NCBI RefSeq assembly: GCF_051117495.1
Contig: NZ_JBNPEF010000017.1
Coordinates: 45,158 to 109,157 of the forward strand
Direction of reading: 5' to 3'
DNA: 64,000 nt
Source: Marivirga sp.
Lineage (GTDB): Bacteria; Bacteroidota; Bacteroidia; Cytophagales; Cyclobacteriaceae
The notes below the pieces were generated by a model, which searched no databases, had not been told where the DNA came from, and saw only the letters and a list, made by a program, of their open reading frames with translations. Positions 10,356 through 20,047 of this stretch are shown here, in pieces (position 1 is the stretch's first letter; the number at the start of each line of letters is the position of its first letter). The translations under genes and the position numbers were made by a program.

Positions 10356-10617
10356 AATCGATAATTTTATGTGAAACATTTTTATTGACAGGATGCAGCC
10401 TCCCCATAAATTCCATAAAATTATTTTCAGTTTTTTATTTATTGAAAAGAAACTAAAGGTAATAATCAAGCAAATAGTCATATAAAACACTATAGATCAA
10501 TCGGATATCAATCAATTAAACTTTGCAATTTGCTATTGAATTAAACTCAGAATTTCAGTTTTCTGTATTTTATTGACATATAAAAAATTAACTTAGCAAC
10601 TTCCACAGCAGCATTGA

Positions 10618-11193
10618 GTGACTGATAAAAACGACATACAAGAAGAAAAACAATTGCTTGAACAATTCCGAGAATCTCAGGATCTTGAGCTGTTGGGCAA
10701 GTTATATCAACCTTATATGCATCTGGTCTATGGAGTATGCCTTAAATATTTGAAAGACAAGGATTTAGCCCAGGATGCTGTAATGGCTATTTTTGAAGAA
10801 TTAGTGATAAAACTTCCCAAGCATGAAGTAGAGAACTTTAAAAGTTGGCTTTACGTCCTATCCAAAAACCATTGTTTAATGGAATTGAGAAAGCAAAAAC
10901 GTCAAAAAACGGATAGTTTTGATTTTTCAGACCTTGAGCTTATGGAAAATGGACAATGGAAGCATCATGAAGAAGACTATACTATTCAAGAAGACAATCT
11001 TGAAAAATTAACTGCATGTATTGCGCAATTAAAGAAAGAACAAAGGCAATGCGTGGAGTTGTTCTACTTGGACAAAAAGAGTTATCAGGAAATTACAGAT
11101 AGCACTTCATACGAATTAAAGAAAGTGAAAAGCTATATACAAAATGCGAAACGAAATTTAAAACAGTGCATGGAACAAGGTGAAGAAAGATAA
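10618..11193 (+). CDS. ECF RNA polymerase sigma-70 factor
   Basis: Region 2 (DAVMAIF...FKSWLYVLSKNHC) and region 4 (LFYLDKKSYQEI...VKSYIQNAKRNLK); overlaps the downstream anti-sigma gene. Confidence 0.92.
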   Translation: MTDKNDIQEEKQLLEQFRESQDLELLGKLYQPYMHLVYGVCLKYLKDKDLAQDAVMAIFEELVIKLPKHEVENFKSWLYVLSKNHCLMELRKQKRQKTDSFDFSDLELMENGQWKHHEEDYTIQEDNLEKLTACIAQLKKEQRQCVELFYLDKKSYQEITDSTSYELKKVKSYIQNAKRNLKQCMEQGEER

Positions 11194-12550
11194 AAACCAT
11201 ATTGACCCTAATTGGGAATTTAGCATAGAAAAAATGCAAGCTTATGTGAAAGGCACTTTAAGCCCTGAAGAGCAGCATCAGGTTGAAAAATATTTGCTGA
11301 ATCATCCTTTTGAGGCAGAGGCCATGGAAGGGTATTTGGAAAATCCAGATGCGCTACATGATTTGCCAAGCCTTAAGGCCAAGTTGCAGACTAGAACTAC
11401 TCCAGAGCAAGAACAACGAACAATACCTTTATGGAGAAAAGCATTGCCTTATGCTGCCGTCTTTTTATTGCTTATTATTTCTAGCGTACTCATTATCATT
11501 TTTTTTCAGCAAGATGAATCATTTACTCCTTTGGCTATTAAATCGGAAGAGGCCATAAAATTTGAAAAGAATAAAAGCCCTACAAACCCGCCCAGCACTT
11601 TACAAGCTGAGAAAATAGAAAAGGAAGCAGAGAATCTACCAAAGGCAACAGTTGAAAGTAATGAATCTGAAAGTAAACAAGAAATAGAAGTGCCTATCAA
11701 AATAGTCGAAGATGCTGAACGCATTTCTCAAAATGAAACGATTAGTATTGAGGAGGATTTAATTGTATCGGAAACGGCTTTCCCTTATGAAGACAGCTTT
11801 CAAGATTTGAATGCCGACTCCATGGCGAAAAAAGTGGCAGGAATTGAGGCCGATCAAAACAAGTCTTCCGTAGCAAGAAGTAAAAAGGCAAATGAATTGG
11901 CATCTTCTATTGCTCCCACTAATGAGCAAACGGATCAAGCAGATAAGAGAAAAGTTGCCGTCTCCAAAAGGATTTCAGGAGAAGTGCTAGATGCTGAAAC
12001 GGGAGAGGCTATTCCAGGAGCTAATGTAATAGTCAAAGGTACTTCCATAGCCACAAGCACTGATTTAAATGGCAATTTTGAAATTGAAGCAAAATTAAAC
12101 GATGTCCTCATCGTGAATTTTATAGGCATGGAGCAGCAAGAGTTTGTAGTGAGTGAAGAGACGGATAATAAAATATTTCTAAATGCTGATGTTGCTCAAT
12201 TAAGCGAAGTCGTTGTTACAAGTGTCGGCCAAGAGAAAGAAGAAGACAATACCTATAGTGGAGCAAGACCTAGCATCGGATTTTCAGATTATCGTGATTA
12301 TCTCAAAGATAATTTAAGATATCCTCCTAAAGCTTTGGAGGCTGGAACAGAAGGAAGGGTAAGATTAAAATTAAGTATCAATGCCTCTGGTAATATTACG
12401 GAGATAGAGGTACTAAAAGGACTAGGAGATGGCTGTGATGAAGAAGCTATACGCTTAATCAAGGAAGGACCAAGATGGGAACCTGCTAAAAAGGGAGATA
12501 CACCCGTGGCTTCAAGCAAGAAAATTACGGTTCGGTTTAAAATTGAATAA
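11180..12550 (+). CDS. Anti-sigma-like membrane protein fused to a SusC-type NTE domain and a TonB C-terminal domain
   Basis: Cytoplasmic N-terminus (YVKGTLSPEEQHQVEKYLLNHPFEAEAMEG), one TM (AAVFLLLIISSVLIIIFF), a low-complexity linker, an NTE (ISGEVLD...IPGANVIVKGT), QLSEVVVT, and TonB_C (NLRYPPKALEAGTEGRVRLKLSINASG...AIRLIKEGPRWEPA). Confidence 0.85.
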   Translation: MKKDKNHIDPNWEFSIEKMQAYVKGTLSPEEQHQVEKYLLNHPFEAEAMEGYLENPDALHDLPSLKAKLQTRTTPEQEQRTIPLWRKALPYAAVFLLLIISSVLIIIFFQQDESFTPLAIKSEEAIKFEKNKSPTNPPSTLQAEKIEKEAENLPKATVESNESESKQEIEVPIKIVEDAERISQNETISIEEDLIVSETAFPYEDSFQDLNADSMAKKVAGIEADQNKSSVARSKKANELASSIAPTNEQTDQADKRKVAVSKRISGEVLDAETGEAIPGANVIVKGTSIATSTDLNGNFEIEAKLNDVLIVNFIGMEQQEFVVSEETDNKIFLNADVAQLSEVVVTSVGQEKEEDNTYSGARPSIGFSDYRDYLKDNLRYPPKALEAGTEGRVRLKLSINASGNITEIEVLKGLGDGCDEEAIRLIKEGPRWEPAKKGDTPVASSKKITVRFKIE

Positions 12551-12598
12551 AACACCTTCTTTTGTGGAAAGGATATTAAATTGTAATTTCGTTAAAAA

Positions 12599-12644
12599 TT
12601 TGTGGCGACACAACGCCTTTAAAGACGCAACGCATTGCGTCTCT
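12599..12644. repeat. Two adjacent REP-like palindromes (TTGTG-nnGA-CACAA and AGACGCAA-CGCA-TTGCGTCT)
   Basis: TTTGTGGCGACACAA 12599-12613 resembles 40172-40195 and 40225-40246; AGACGCAACGCATTGCGTCT 12623-12642 resembles 44494-44521. Confidence 0.55.
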
Positions 12645-12649
12645 GCCAC

Positions 12650-15600
12650 ATGATCATTACCAAATTAAATCAAATGCGCATCCAAAATGCCCACCAAAAC
12701 AATCTTAAAAACATTGATCTAACTATTCCTGAAAACCAATTAATTGTGGTAACCGGTTTATCGGGCTCCGGAAAATCTTCATTGGCTATGGGCGTAATTG
12801 CTAATGAAGGCTATCGCTATTTCTTGGAAAGTCTTTCGGCATATAATCAGCAAAATGGCCAGTTAATTCCTACCGCTGAGGTTGATGATATACAGGATTT
12901 GCCACCTGTGATTAAGGTGGAACAATCCAAACGCTTCCAATCAATCAATACCACTTTTGGTACGCTCTCAGAGCTGACGGCTATTTTTAGAATTCTATTT
13001 GCGCGCTATTCAGCTGATGAAAAGATGAGCAAATCGCTATTTTCCTTCAATCACCCAAGAGGCGCCTGTGAAGTATGCAGAGGAATAGGCGAGGCAGAAT
13101 ATATTGACCTCGATAAATTAATTGGCGATGAAAATAAGACCCTTCGTGAAGGCGCTATCACCACTACTTTGCCAGGTGGCTATATCGTCTATTCGCAGAT
13201 AACAGTAGAGGAGCTAAACAAAGTATGTGAAGCACATGGATTCAATGTGGATATTCCATGGAAGGATCTTACTGAAGAACAACAAGATGTAGTTTTAAAT
13301 GGAAGTGATCGGCTCAAGGTGTTTTATGGAAAACATGGCTTAGAGTCTCGATTAAGATGGGAAGGCATTAAGGCAAAACCAAGAGAAGAGGGCTATTATA
13401 AAGGTATGCTGCCGATCATGCAGGATATTCTCAGAAGAGATAGAAACCCTAACATTTTGAAATTTGCAAGCTCAAAAGTGTGCCCGAGTTGTAAAGGCGC
13501 AAGGATTAAAGCAGAGCATCTTAAATTCCAATGGAACGGGATGAATTTTCAGGAATGGATGAAGCCTTCTTTGGGCGAATTATTTGTAAAGCTTAATTCT
13601 CTTAAGTTTTCAGCTGGGGAAAAAGTGTTGGTAGAAAAGATCATCATTCAATTATATGACCTTATTCGCTTAGGTATGGAGGAATATCAGCTCAGCACGC
13701 CAAGCACGGATATCTCCTCCGGGGATGCACAAAGAATCAAACTGATCAACCAAGTGAATAGTAATCTGCAGGGCATTTTATATGTTTTTGATGAGCCTTC
13801 TATTGGCTTATCGGCAGACTACCAGCAATATTTACTACACATTCTAGATCGGCTAATTCGAAGAGGAAATACAGTGATGGTAGTGGAGCATGACCTGGAA
13901 TTTATCAAGTCCGCTGACTGGATTGTGGAGTTAGGGCCCGAAGCCGGAGTTCATGGTGGGGAAGTTATTTTTAATGGCCCTATTAAGGATTTTCTAAAGG
14001 CCGAGAAAATAAACAGTTCAACTTTGAAGGCCTTGAATCAGGGAAATTCAATTGATGGTGAACCTCCGAAAAACGTCTTGGATACTGAGTTTACCCCCGA
14101 AGCACAAAAATTGACAGTCATAAGTCGCAAGACTGCGACACTACTTCAAAGCATTTCGAGCTTTTGCAAAAAGCAGAACTTAAGCTTACTGACCGTAACG
14201 GATCAGCCAATAGGAAAAACTCCCAGAAGTAATCCGGCCACATATACTGGACTAGCAGATAAAATACGAGACTTGCTAGCCAAAACCTCTGAAGCAAAAG
14301 AATTAAAGCTAGCAAAGGGAGCTTTCTCATTTAACAACAAAACCGGAAGATGCGAAGCCTGCGAAGGAGCAGGTGTGATTACACTGTCGATGAGCGCACT
14401 TGGAAATATCAATCAGGTGTGTCCAACCTGCAATGGCAAGCGATTTAAGCCGGAAGTGCTTCGTGTAAATTGGAATGAAAAAAATATTGCGGACATCTAC
14501 AATCTTAGCATAGAAGAAGCTTATGATTTCTTCGCTGGGGAAAAGAAAATCACTGAAATCCTGTCTTTGATGCTACAGTTAGGCTTAGGCTATATCAAAT
14601 TGGGACAACCTTCCAATACCTTATCGGGTGGAGAGGCACAACGGATAAAACTCACCAAGCATTTCGCCAAGAAATCAAAGAAGACACTTTTACAACTGCA
14701 AGAACCCAGCATCGGATTGCACCAACAAAATGTAAGGCAACTGCTCGATGCACTGCATGAACTAAAGGAACAGACGGCAGGTATTATCTGCTTTGAGAAT
14801 CATGCTCTTTTCCAAAAGGGATGCGATACTTTAGTGGATAACGCACTGGAAATGCACGCTGTCGAAATTCAAGAAAAACCGAATCAGCAAAGAGAAAAAA
14901 TAACAATTCAGGGAGCTAGAACTCATTGCCTGAAAGACTTAGACTTGGAACTGCCAAAGCATAAACTATCCGTAGTTACAGGAATTTCAGGTTCAGGCAA
15001 ATCTTCTCTTGTAATTGACACTTTGCATGGCTACGGACTGCAAGAAATGACCAAGCAATTTTCGAGTTATCAGCAGTCGAGAGTGGGTGTGAATTTTCAG
15101 TTTGAAGTCAACTACATAGAAGGACTTACGCCTACAATCTGTATTACGCGAAAGCAAAAGAATTATTCTATTAGAACGGACATAGCCAAACAAACGGGTA
15201 TTGATAAAATCCTACGTTTTGCCTTTTCCCGAAAGGCGCAGTTTGAAGGCAAAGATTTATCCGCCAGTCACTTTTCGAATAATCACGAACTGGGGAAATG
15301 CGTAGTTTGCGAAGGCATAGGTGAAGAATTATTGCCTGATTTGAACAAATTGGTATTGGATGAAAACAAAAGCATAGCTGAAGGCCTCTTTGCCCACAAT
15401 AAAGCGATTGGATACTATGGTGATCCATCTGGTCAACATATGGCTATATTGAAGAAAATTGGAACAGAACATGGCTTTAGCCTGGTTACGCCTTTCAAGG
15501 AATTAAGTGAAGTGCAAAAGGATATTCTATTTCATGGGACAGGAGAAAAAGTATGGAATGCTACCTGGGAATACAAAACGAAAACACGTACAGGTACGCA

Positions 15601-17164
15601 AGACTTGAACATGAAATGGGAAGGTCTTTTTCAATATCTGCAAGAGGAATATTACAAAACCAGAAAGAATAAAAACATTAGCCAGCTGACCTCATTATTT
15701 TCTTATAGCAAATGTAGCCATTGCGAAGGCAGCGGATTAAAACCAGAAAGACTGACTTTTACATTAGCAGGAAAGTCTATTCATGCTATAAAATCGATGA
15801 ACTTTAAAACCCTGGGCGAATGGTTAACTGCACATGATACAGATAACACTGTTGACGGAAAATTACTCGCTAAAATTGAACCCCATTTAATCAACACCAT
15901 GGAACGGGCAAAGCAATTACATATTGACCATCTCCAACTCAACAGAAAATCGCCTACCCTTTCAGGGGGTGAAAACCAAAGGCTAGAGTTGATCAAACAG
16001 CTCAATAGCCCACTAAAAGGGATCAGCTATTTATTGGATGAGCCTTCTGCAGGCTTATCGAATGATAACATTCCTGATCTCATTAAAATTCTGAAAGAGC
16101 TGATAGAAAAAAGAAATACAGTCATCATCATTGAGCATAATAAAGCCATTATCCATGCTGCGGATCATCTGGTACAGATTGGGCCGAAGGCAGGAAAACA
16201 GGGTGGCTATATTACCTATCAGGGAACCACAAAAGGGCTTCTAGAACAAGATGAATGCCACCCATTCTTGAAGGAGCCAAGCAAACCGCTACAGCTCAAT
16301 GATGGAAAGAAACATATCCATATTCGTAAGCTGGCAAAACATACTTTGGTGCGAGATGAGCTTAAACTACCTATTGGCGGCATCACTGCTCTTACAGGAA
16401 AATCAGGAATTGGAAAAACCACTTTGGTAAAAGACATCCTGATTCCAAGCGTTCAAAAGGGAGGTCCCGTGAATTGTGAGCAGATTGAAATTCCTAAAAT
16501 ATATGACAGTGCAGAGTATTTTGAGCCTAAAAAACTAAATAGCCATTCGGATACATTATTGGTTGCTTATTTAGATCTACTGAAAGATATCACGAAAATA
16601 TTTGCATCTGAAACGGGTGAAAAGGCTGCCGACTTCTCCTACAAAAACAAAAGCAGTCAGTGCTCAGCTTGTAAAGGAAAAGGATATGTAGAAACTAGCC
16701 TGGATGTTGCCGCCAATGCGATTGAAAAGTGTGAGGACTGTGATGGAAAACGCTATCGAAAAGATATACTAAAACATGAAATAGAGGGACAAAACATTGC
16801 GGACATCCTAGCTCTTAATATAGCAGAATTAAGTGCTTGGTTTGCGGAATTTAAAGTGTCGAATTCTACCTTTAATTTCATCAATAGCTTAGAAGAAATA
16901 GGCTTGTCACATTTGAGTTTAGAGCAAACGGTGCAATCGCTTTCTTCAGGTGAAAAGCAACGCTTGCTACTCTTGACCTGGCTACAAAATGCCCCGAAAA
17001 ACGAACTCTTTATTTTAGATGAACCAAGCACCGGATTACATTATGCGGACATCGACCTGCTTTATGGAATCTTAGAAAAACTCAGCATGGATAATGATGT
17101 TCTCGTGATTGACCATAATTTGTATTTGTTGGAGATGATTGGGGTTGGATTTGTATTGAGCTGA
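12650..17164 (+). CDS. Tandem-duplicated UvrA-like ABC ATPase (four NBDs, several Zn-finger CxxC pairs; class II/DrrC-like)
   Basis: Two UvrA-like halves beginning IQNAHQNNLKNIDL and IQGARTHCLKDLDL; Walker A GLSGSGKS, GISGSGKS, GKSGIGKT; signatures ISSGDAQR, LSGGEAQR, LSGGENQR, LSSGEKQR. Start is uncertain (12635/12650/12674). Confidence 0.85.
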   Translation: MIITKLNQMRIQNAHQNNLKNIDLTIPENQLIVVTGLSGSGKSSLAMGVIANEGYRYFLESLSAYNQQNGQLIPTAEVDDIQDLPPVIKVEQSKRFQSINTTFGTLSELTAIFRILFARYSADEKMSKSLFSFNHPRGACEVCRGIGEAEYIDLDKLIGDENKTLREGAITTTLPGGYIVYSQITVEELNKVCEAHGFNVDIPWKDLTEEQQDVVLNGSDRLKVFYGKHGLESRLRWEGIKAKPREEGYYKGMLPIMQDILRRDRNPNILKFASSKVCPSCKGARIKAEHLKFQWNGMNFQEWMKPSLGELFVKLNSLKFSAGEKVLVEKIIIQLYDLIRLGMEEYQLSTPSTDISSGDAQRIKLINQVNSNLQGILYVFDEPSIGLSADYQQYLLHILDRLIRRGNTVMVVEHDLEFIKSADWIVELGPEAGVHGGEVIFNGPIKDFLKAEKINSSTLKALNQGNSIDGEPPKNVLDTEFTPEAQKLTVISRKTATLLQSISSFCKKQNLSLLTVTDQPIGKTPRSNPATYTGLADKIRDLLAKTSEAKELKLAKGAFSFNNKTGRCEACEGAGVITLSMSALGNINQVCPTCNGKRFKPEVLRVNWNEKNIADIYNLSIEEAYDFFAGEKKITEILSLMLQLGLGYIKLGQPSNTLSGGEAQRIKLTKHFAKKSKKTLLQLQEPSIGLHQQNVRQLLDALHELKEQTAGIICFENHALFQKGCDTLVDNALEMHAVEIQEKPNQQREKITIQGARTHCLKDLDLELPKHKLSVVTGISGSGKSSLVIDTLHGYGLQEMTKQFSSYQQSRVGVNFQFEVNYIEGLTPTICITRKQKNYSIRTDIAKQTGIDKILRFAFSRKAQFEGKDLSASHFSNNHELGKCVVCEGIGEELLPDLNKLVLDENKSIAEGLFAHNKAIGYYGDPSGQHMAILKKIGTEHGFSLVTPFKELSEVQKDILFHGTGEKVWNATWEYKTKTRTGTQDLNMKWEGLFQYLQEEYYKTRKNKNISQLTSLFSYSKCSHCEGSGLKPERLTFTLAGKSIHAIKSMNFKTLGEWLTAHDTDNTVDGKLLAKIEPHLINTMERAKQLHIDHLQLNRKSPTLSGGENQRLELIKQLNSPLKGISYLLDEPSAGLSNDNIPDLIKILKELIEKRNTVIIIEHNKAIIHAADHLVQIGPKAGKQGGYITYQGTTKGLLEQDECHPFLKEPSKPLQLNDGKKHIHIRKLAKHTLVRDELKLPIGGITALTGKSGIGKTTLVKDILIPSVQKGGPVNCEQIEIPKIYDSAEYFEPKKLNSHSDTLLVAYLDLLKDITKIFASETGEKAADFSYKNKSSQCSACKGKGYVETSLDVAANAIEKCEDCDGKRYRKDILKHEIEGQNIADILALNIAELSAWFAEFKVSNSTFNFINSLEEIGLSHLSLEQTVQSLSSGEKQRLLLLTWLQNAPKNELFILDEPSTGLHYADIDLLYGILEKLSMDNDVLVIDHNLYLLEMIGVGFVLS

Positions 17165-17183
17165 AAGTATCATTTTCAAATAG

Positions 17184-17307
17184 GCTCAAGCGGACGCTTG
17201 CGCTATGATAGGCTATTTTACTTTCAAATTTAGCACTGGTTCAAGCATCCGTTTGGACCAAGTAGCAAATAACAATCTCCAATATTTCAAGCGTCCGTTT
17301 GGACTAA
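17184..17307. repeat. REP doublet plus an extra unit (CAAGCG-GAC/TCC-GCTTG family)
   Basis: GCTCAAGCGGACGCTTGCGC 17184-17203, GGTTCAAGCATCCGTTTGGACCAA 17238-17261 and TTCAAGCGTCCGTTTGGACTAA 17286-17307. Confidence 0.75.
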
Positions 17308-17369
17308 AAAGAAAATTCCAACCTATGAAATGGAACCGGGGTCTTTGTATTAGATAAAGCTTCAATAAA

Positions 17370-17741
17370 ATGAAAAGAACAATAGCGATCACGGTAATAA
17401 TGCTAAGCATCTTAGCTTGCCAACCTGAAGATTCAAAAATTTCTCAAGATTGTACTTATACTGCAACAGTCGTTGATTTAGAAGGCTTGGATGGTTGTGG
17501 GTTTGTTTTCCAACTTGACAATGGAGATTATTTAGAGCCTGTATGGCGATGGGGCTGGTGTGGAACTCCTCCACTGCCCAAAGAAGCTACAGAAGACCCG
17601 CTTTATGATTTTACTTTCGTAGCAGGTCAACGCGTCCGATTAGGCTTTGAAGCCGCTGAAGAAATGGGAAGTATATGTATGGCAGGTAAGCCAGTTTATA
17701 TTACTTGTTTGGAGGTGATTGGTGAAGTAGCTGTTGAATAA
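17370..17741 (+). CDS. Small Cys-containing lipoprotein, unknown function
   Basis: Lipobox ILAC; GLDGCG...SICMAG...ITC pattern seen in small Bacteroidota lipoproteins. Confidence 0.75.
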   Translation: MKRTIAITVIMLSILACQPEDSKISQDCTYTATVVDLEGLDGCGFVFQLDNGDYLEPVWRWGWCGTPPLPKEATEDPLYDFTFVAGQRVRLGFEAAEEMGSICMAGKPVYITCLEVIGEVAVE

Positions 17742-17818
17742 GTATTCTTGGGAGAGGCAAGTTTAGTTTTATTCTTTCATACATTACACATCGTACGAAT
17801 GGTGGATTCGCTAGCATA

Positions 17819-17900
17819 GCACAAGCGGATGCTTGCGCCATGGGAGGTAATTGCATACTGTTCCATTTTAGCACCTGGTTCAAGCGTCCGCTTGGACCAA
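17819..17900. repeat. REP doublet (same family and orientation as 17184-17261)
   Basis: GCACAAGCGGATGCTTGCGCCA 17819-17840 and TTTTAGCACCTGGTTCAAGCGTCCGCTTGGACCAA to 17900. Confidence 0.75.
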
Positions 17901-17915
17901 CCTGCCCTTCAAATC

Positions 17916-19907
17916 TCACCCCATAATCCGTTCAACCGCTTTAAAAGCCCCACGCATATGCAAAATCCATTGGGATTCATCAAGAGGTGAAACGCCTTTG
18001 TAGGCACGGACTTTATCTTCAGTTAAGGTCGTTTTTTCATAACCATCGAGGCTGAGTTTTAGTCTGCCTTTGCCGGAAGTGGTGGCGTTGAACTGGATGG
18101 CATAATCCATGGCTTGGGCTACGGCAACTCTACCTTTCAAGATGAAAAAATCCCCATCGAAAAGCGGGCTTTCCAAAGTGGCTCGCATTTGGCTTAAATC
18201 ACTGGAGACCGACCCAAGAAATTCTTGCTGAGCTTTGATTTCAAAGGCATACATGGGTTCCAAAAGATCAGTACCTGCATTTTCCAATCCTCGCATTATG
18301 CCCATTGGGGTTGCCAATAAAAAGTCACCCGGGTTGGAGTGTACATTATGCTCTTCGCCTTTGATCAAGGTGATTTTGATATCGGTTACTTCATAGCCAT
18401 GCAAACCTTGTTTTAAAGTCCATGGAATGGCGCGCTTTACTTCATTGATATATTTTTGGCTGATATCGCTGCTGCGGACTTTGTTTTCAAAGCTCATACC
18501 ACTGCCTGCTTCTCCCGGCTCTATCAGAAATGTCATAATCGCCCAGCAAGGTTTAGGCATCCAGTACCGCACATAGCCTTCGGCTGATTGAGCAGGCGTT
18601 TCTTTATAAATCACTTTAGGCGGAAGAAATTCTGCTTCTATTCCCCATCTTTGGCTCAGGCTGTCCTTCAAGACTTCGGTTTGAATGGGCCCTAGAATTT
18701 TTAAGTGAAACTCTCTTTCTTCCTTGAACCATTTAAAATCTAAAATGGGATCTTCCAGATTGAGAATCTCTAATGCTTCACCTAACTTCTGATAATCTTT
18801 CTCTTCTACGGCTTTTACCTCCACCGCCAGTACGGCATTACTGATTTTCGAATAGGAATCAGCGAGTTTTTCATTGCCTAAAATATCTCCTGCTAGGATA
18901 ATATCAGAAGTCGTAATCAAACCGATTTCTCCTTGATGCAGCTCAGCCACTTGCTCCAATCCACCGGCTTCTGCTTTAAAAATTTGGTTGATCTTAATAT
19001 CTTTGCCCATCTCCTGAGATGGAATGCTGTCTTTGGTTTTTAGCAGACCGCCATAAGATTTGATATAAGCGAGCCTTCCCAATTTTTCATGAAATTCGAC
19101 TTTAAAAACCTTGGCAGCAGGATTAGAAAAATAATTTTGATGAGGAGGAATGAGCTTTTCCAACTGATCTAATAAAGCATCATTCCCAAGCCCTAGTTTA
19201 GCACTTCCAAAAAGAACAGGATGAAGACTGCCGTTTTGAATATGCGGCAAGGCTTGCGCCAAAATAGTGGACATATCGCCTATAGTTCCTTCCAGGTATT
19301 TTTCCAGAAAAGCTTCATCACATTCGGCTAGGTTCTCTAGAGAGCTATCAAGAATTGCATGATCCGTATGATTCCGGCAAGCTTCAAAAGGCATGACTTG
19401 AATTTGCTGGGAATCCGATAAATCAGGAAGGTTTAAAGCAAATAGTTTAGCGCCTAATTCTTTCTGAAAATCATTAAAAACCTGCTCCGGGAAAACACCA
19501 TCTCTATCGATTTTATTAAAGAAAATGATGACAGGCAGATTACGCTCTTTCAGATTTTCCCATAAATTTAAAGTATGAGCCTGAACGCCTTCTTTAGCGG
19601 AAACCACTAAGATCACCGCATCTAAAATGGAAAGTGCACGATCGACTTCTGCTGCAAAATCGATATGACCCGGGGTATCCACCAATTGGAATTGTGTTTC
19701 CTTTCAACTGAAATTAACGGAAGCCGCTTTGATGGAAATCCCCCTGCTTTTCTCCAGCGCCAAGCCATCCGTGATGGCAGAACCTTTATCCACACTGCCT
19801 TGCGCTTTGGTAGCACCTGCCTGGTGCAGCAAACACTCCGTCAATGAAGTTTTACCTGCATCTACATGCGCTAATATTCCAATGGTTAAATTTCGTTTTG
19901 ATGACAT
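17916..19907 (-). pseudogene. TetM/TetW/OtrA-like ribosomal-protection or EF-G-like GTPase, interrupted by one in-frame TGA
   Basis: ORFs 19704..19907 (GILAHVDAGKTSLTE, GISIKAA) and 17916..19685 (DTPGH, NKID) are in the same frame. The read-through is ...VNFS*KETQFQLVDTPG, with the TGA (19704-19706) at the conserved F-x-W position. Confidence 0.85.
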
Positions 19908-19914
19908 CCGCCTG

Positions 19915-19922
19915 CAAACTTA
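19915..19922 (-). promoter_or_regulatory. Bacteroidota -7 promoter box (TAAGTTTG) for the TetM-like gene
   Basis: Matches TAnnTTTG and ends 7 nt before the ATG, implying a very short leader. Confidence 0.6.
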
Positions 19923-20047
19923 TGACTTTGATTAGAATTTAAGGTGGGCTTGACAAGAATTTTGTAAGGACCAATTTCACACATGTTGTGGAGCAGTTCG
20001 ATTTCCCAAATTATCATGAAAATCCTTCAATATAATTGATCTTCACT

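Noticed and set aside
17184-17900. CRISPR array
   Set aside because: Repeats are few, degenerate, irregularly spaced and in mixed orientation, with no cas genes; they fit REP elements.
19704-19706. Selenocysteine at the TGA in the TetM-like gene
   Set aside because: The position corresponds to a conserved Trp, not a catalytic Cys, and no SECIS-like hairpin was evident.
12650-19907. Acquired antibiotic-resistance island (DrrC-like plus TetM-like)
   Set aside because: The genes are convergent, with no integrase, IS or obvious compositional break; adjacency alone is insufficient.
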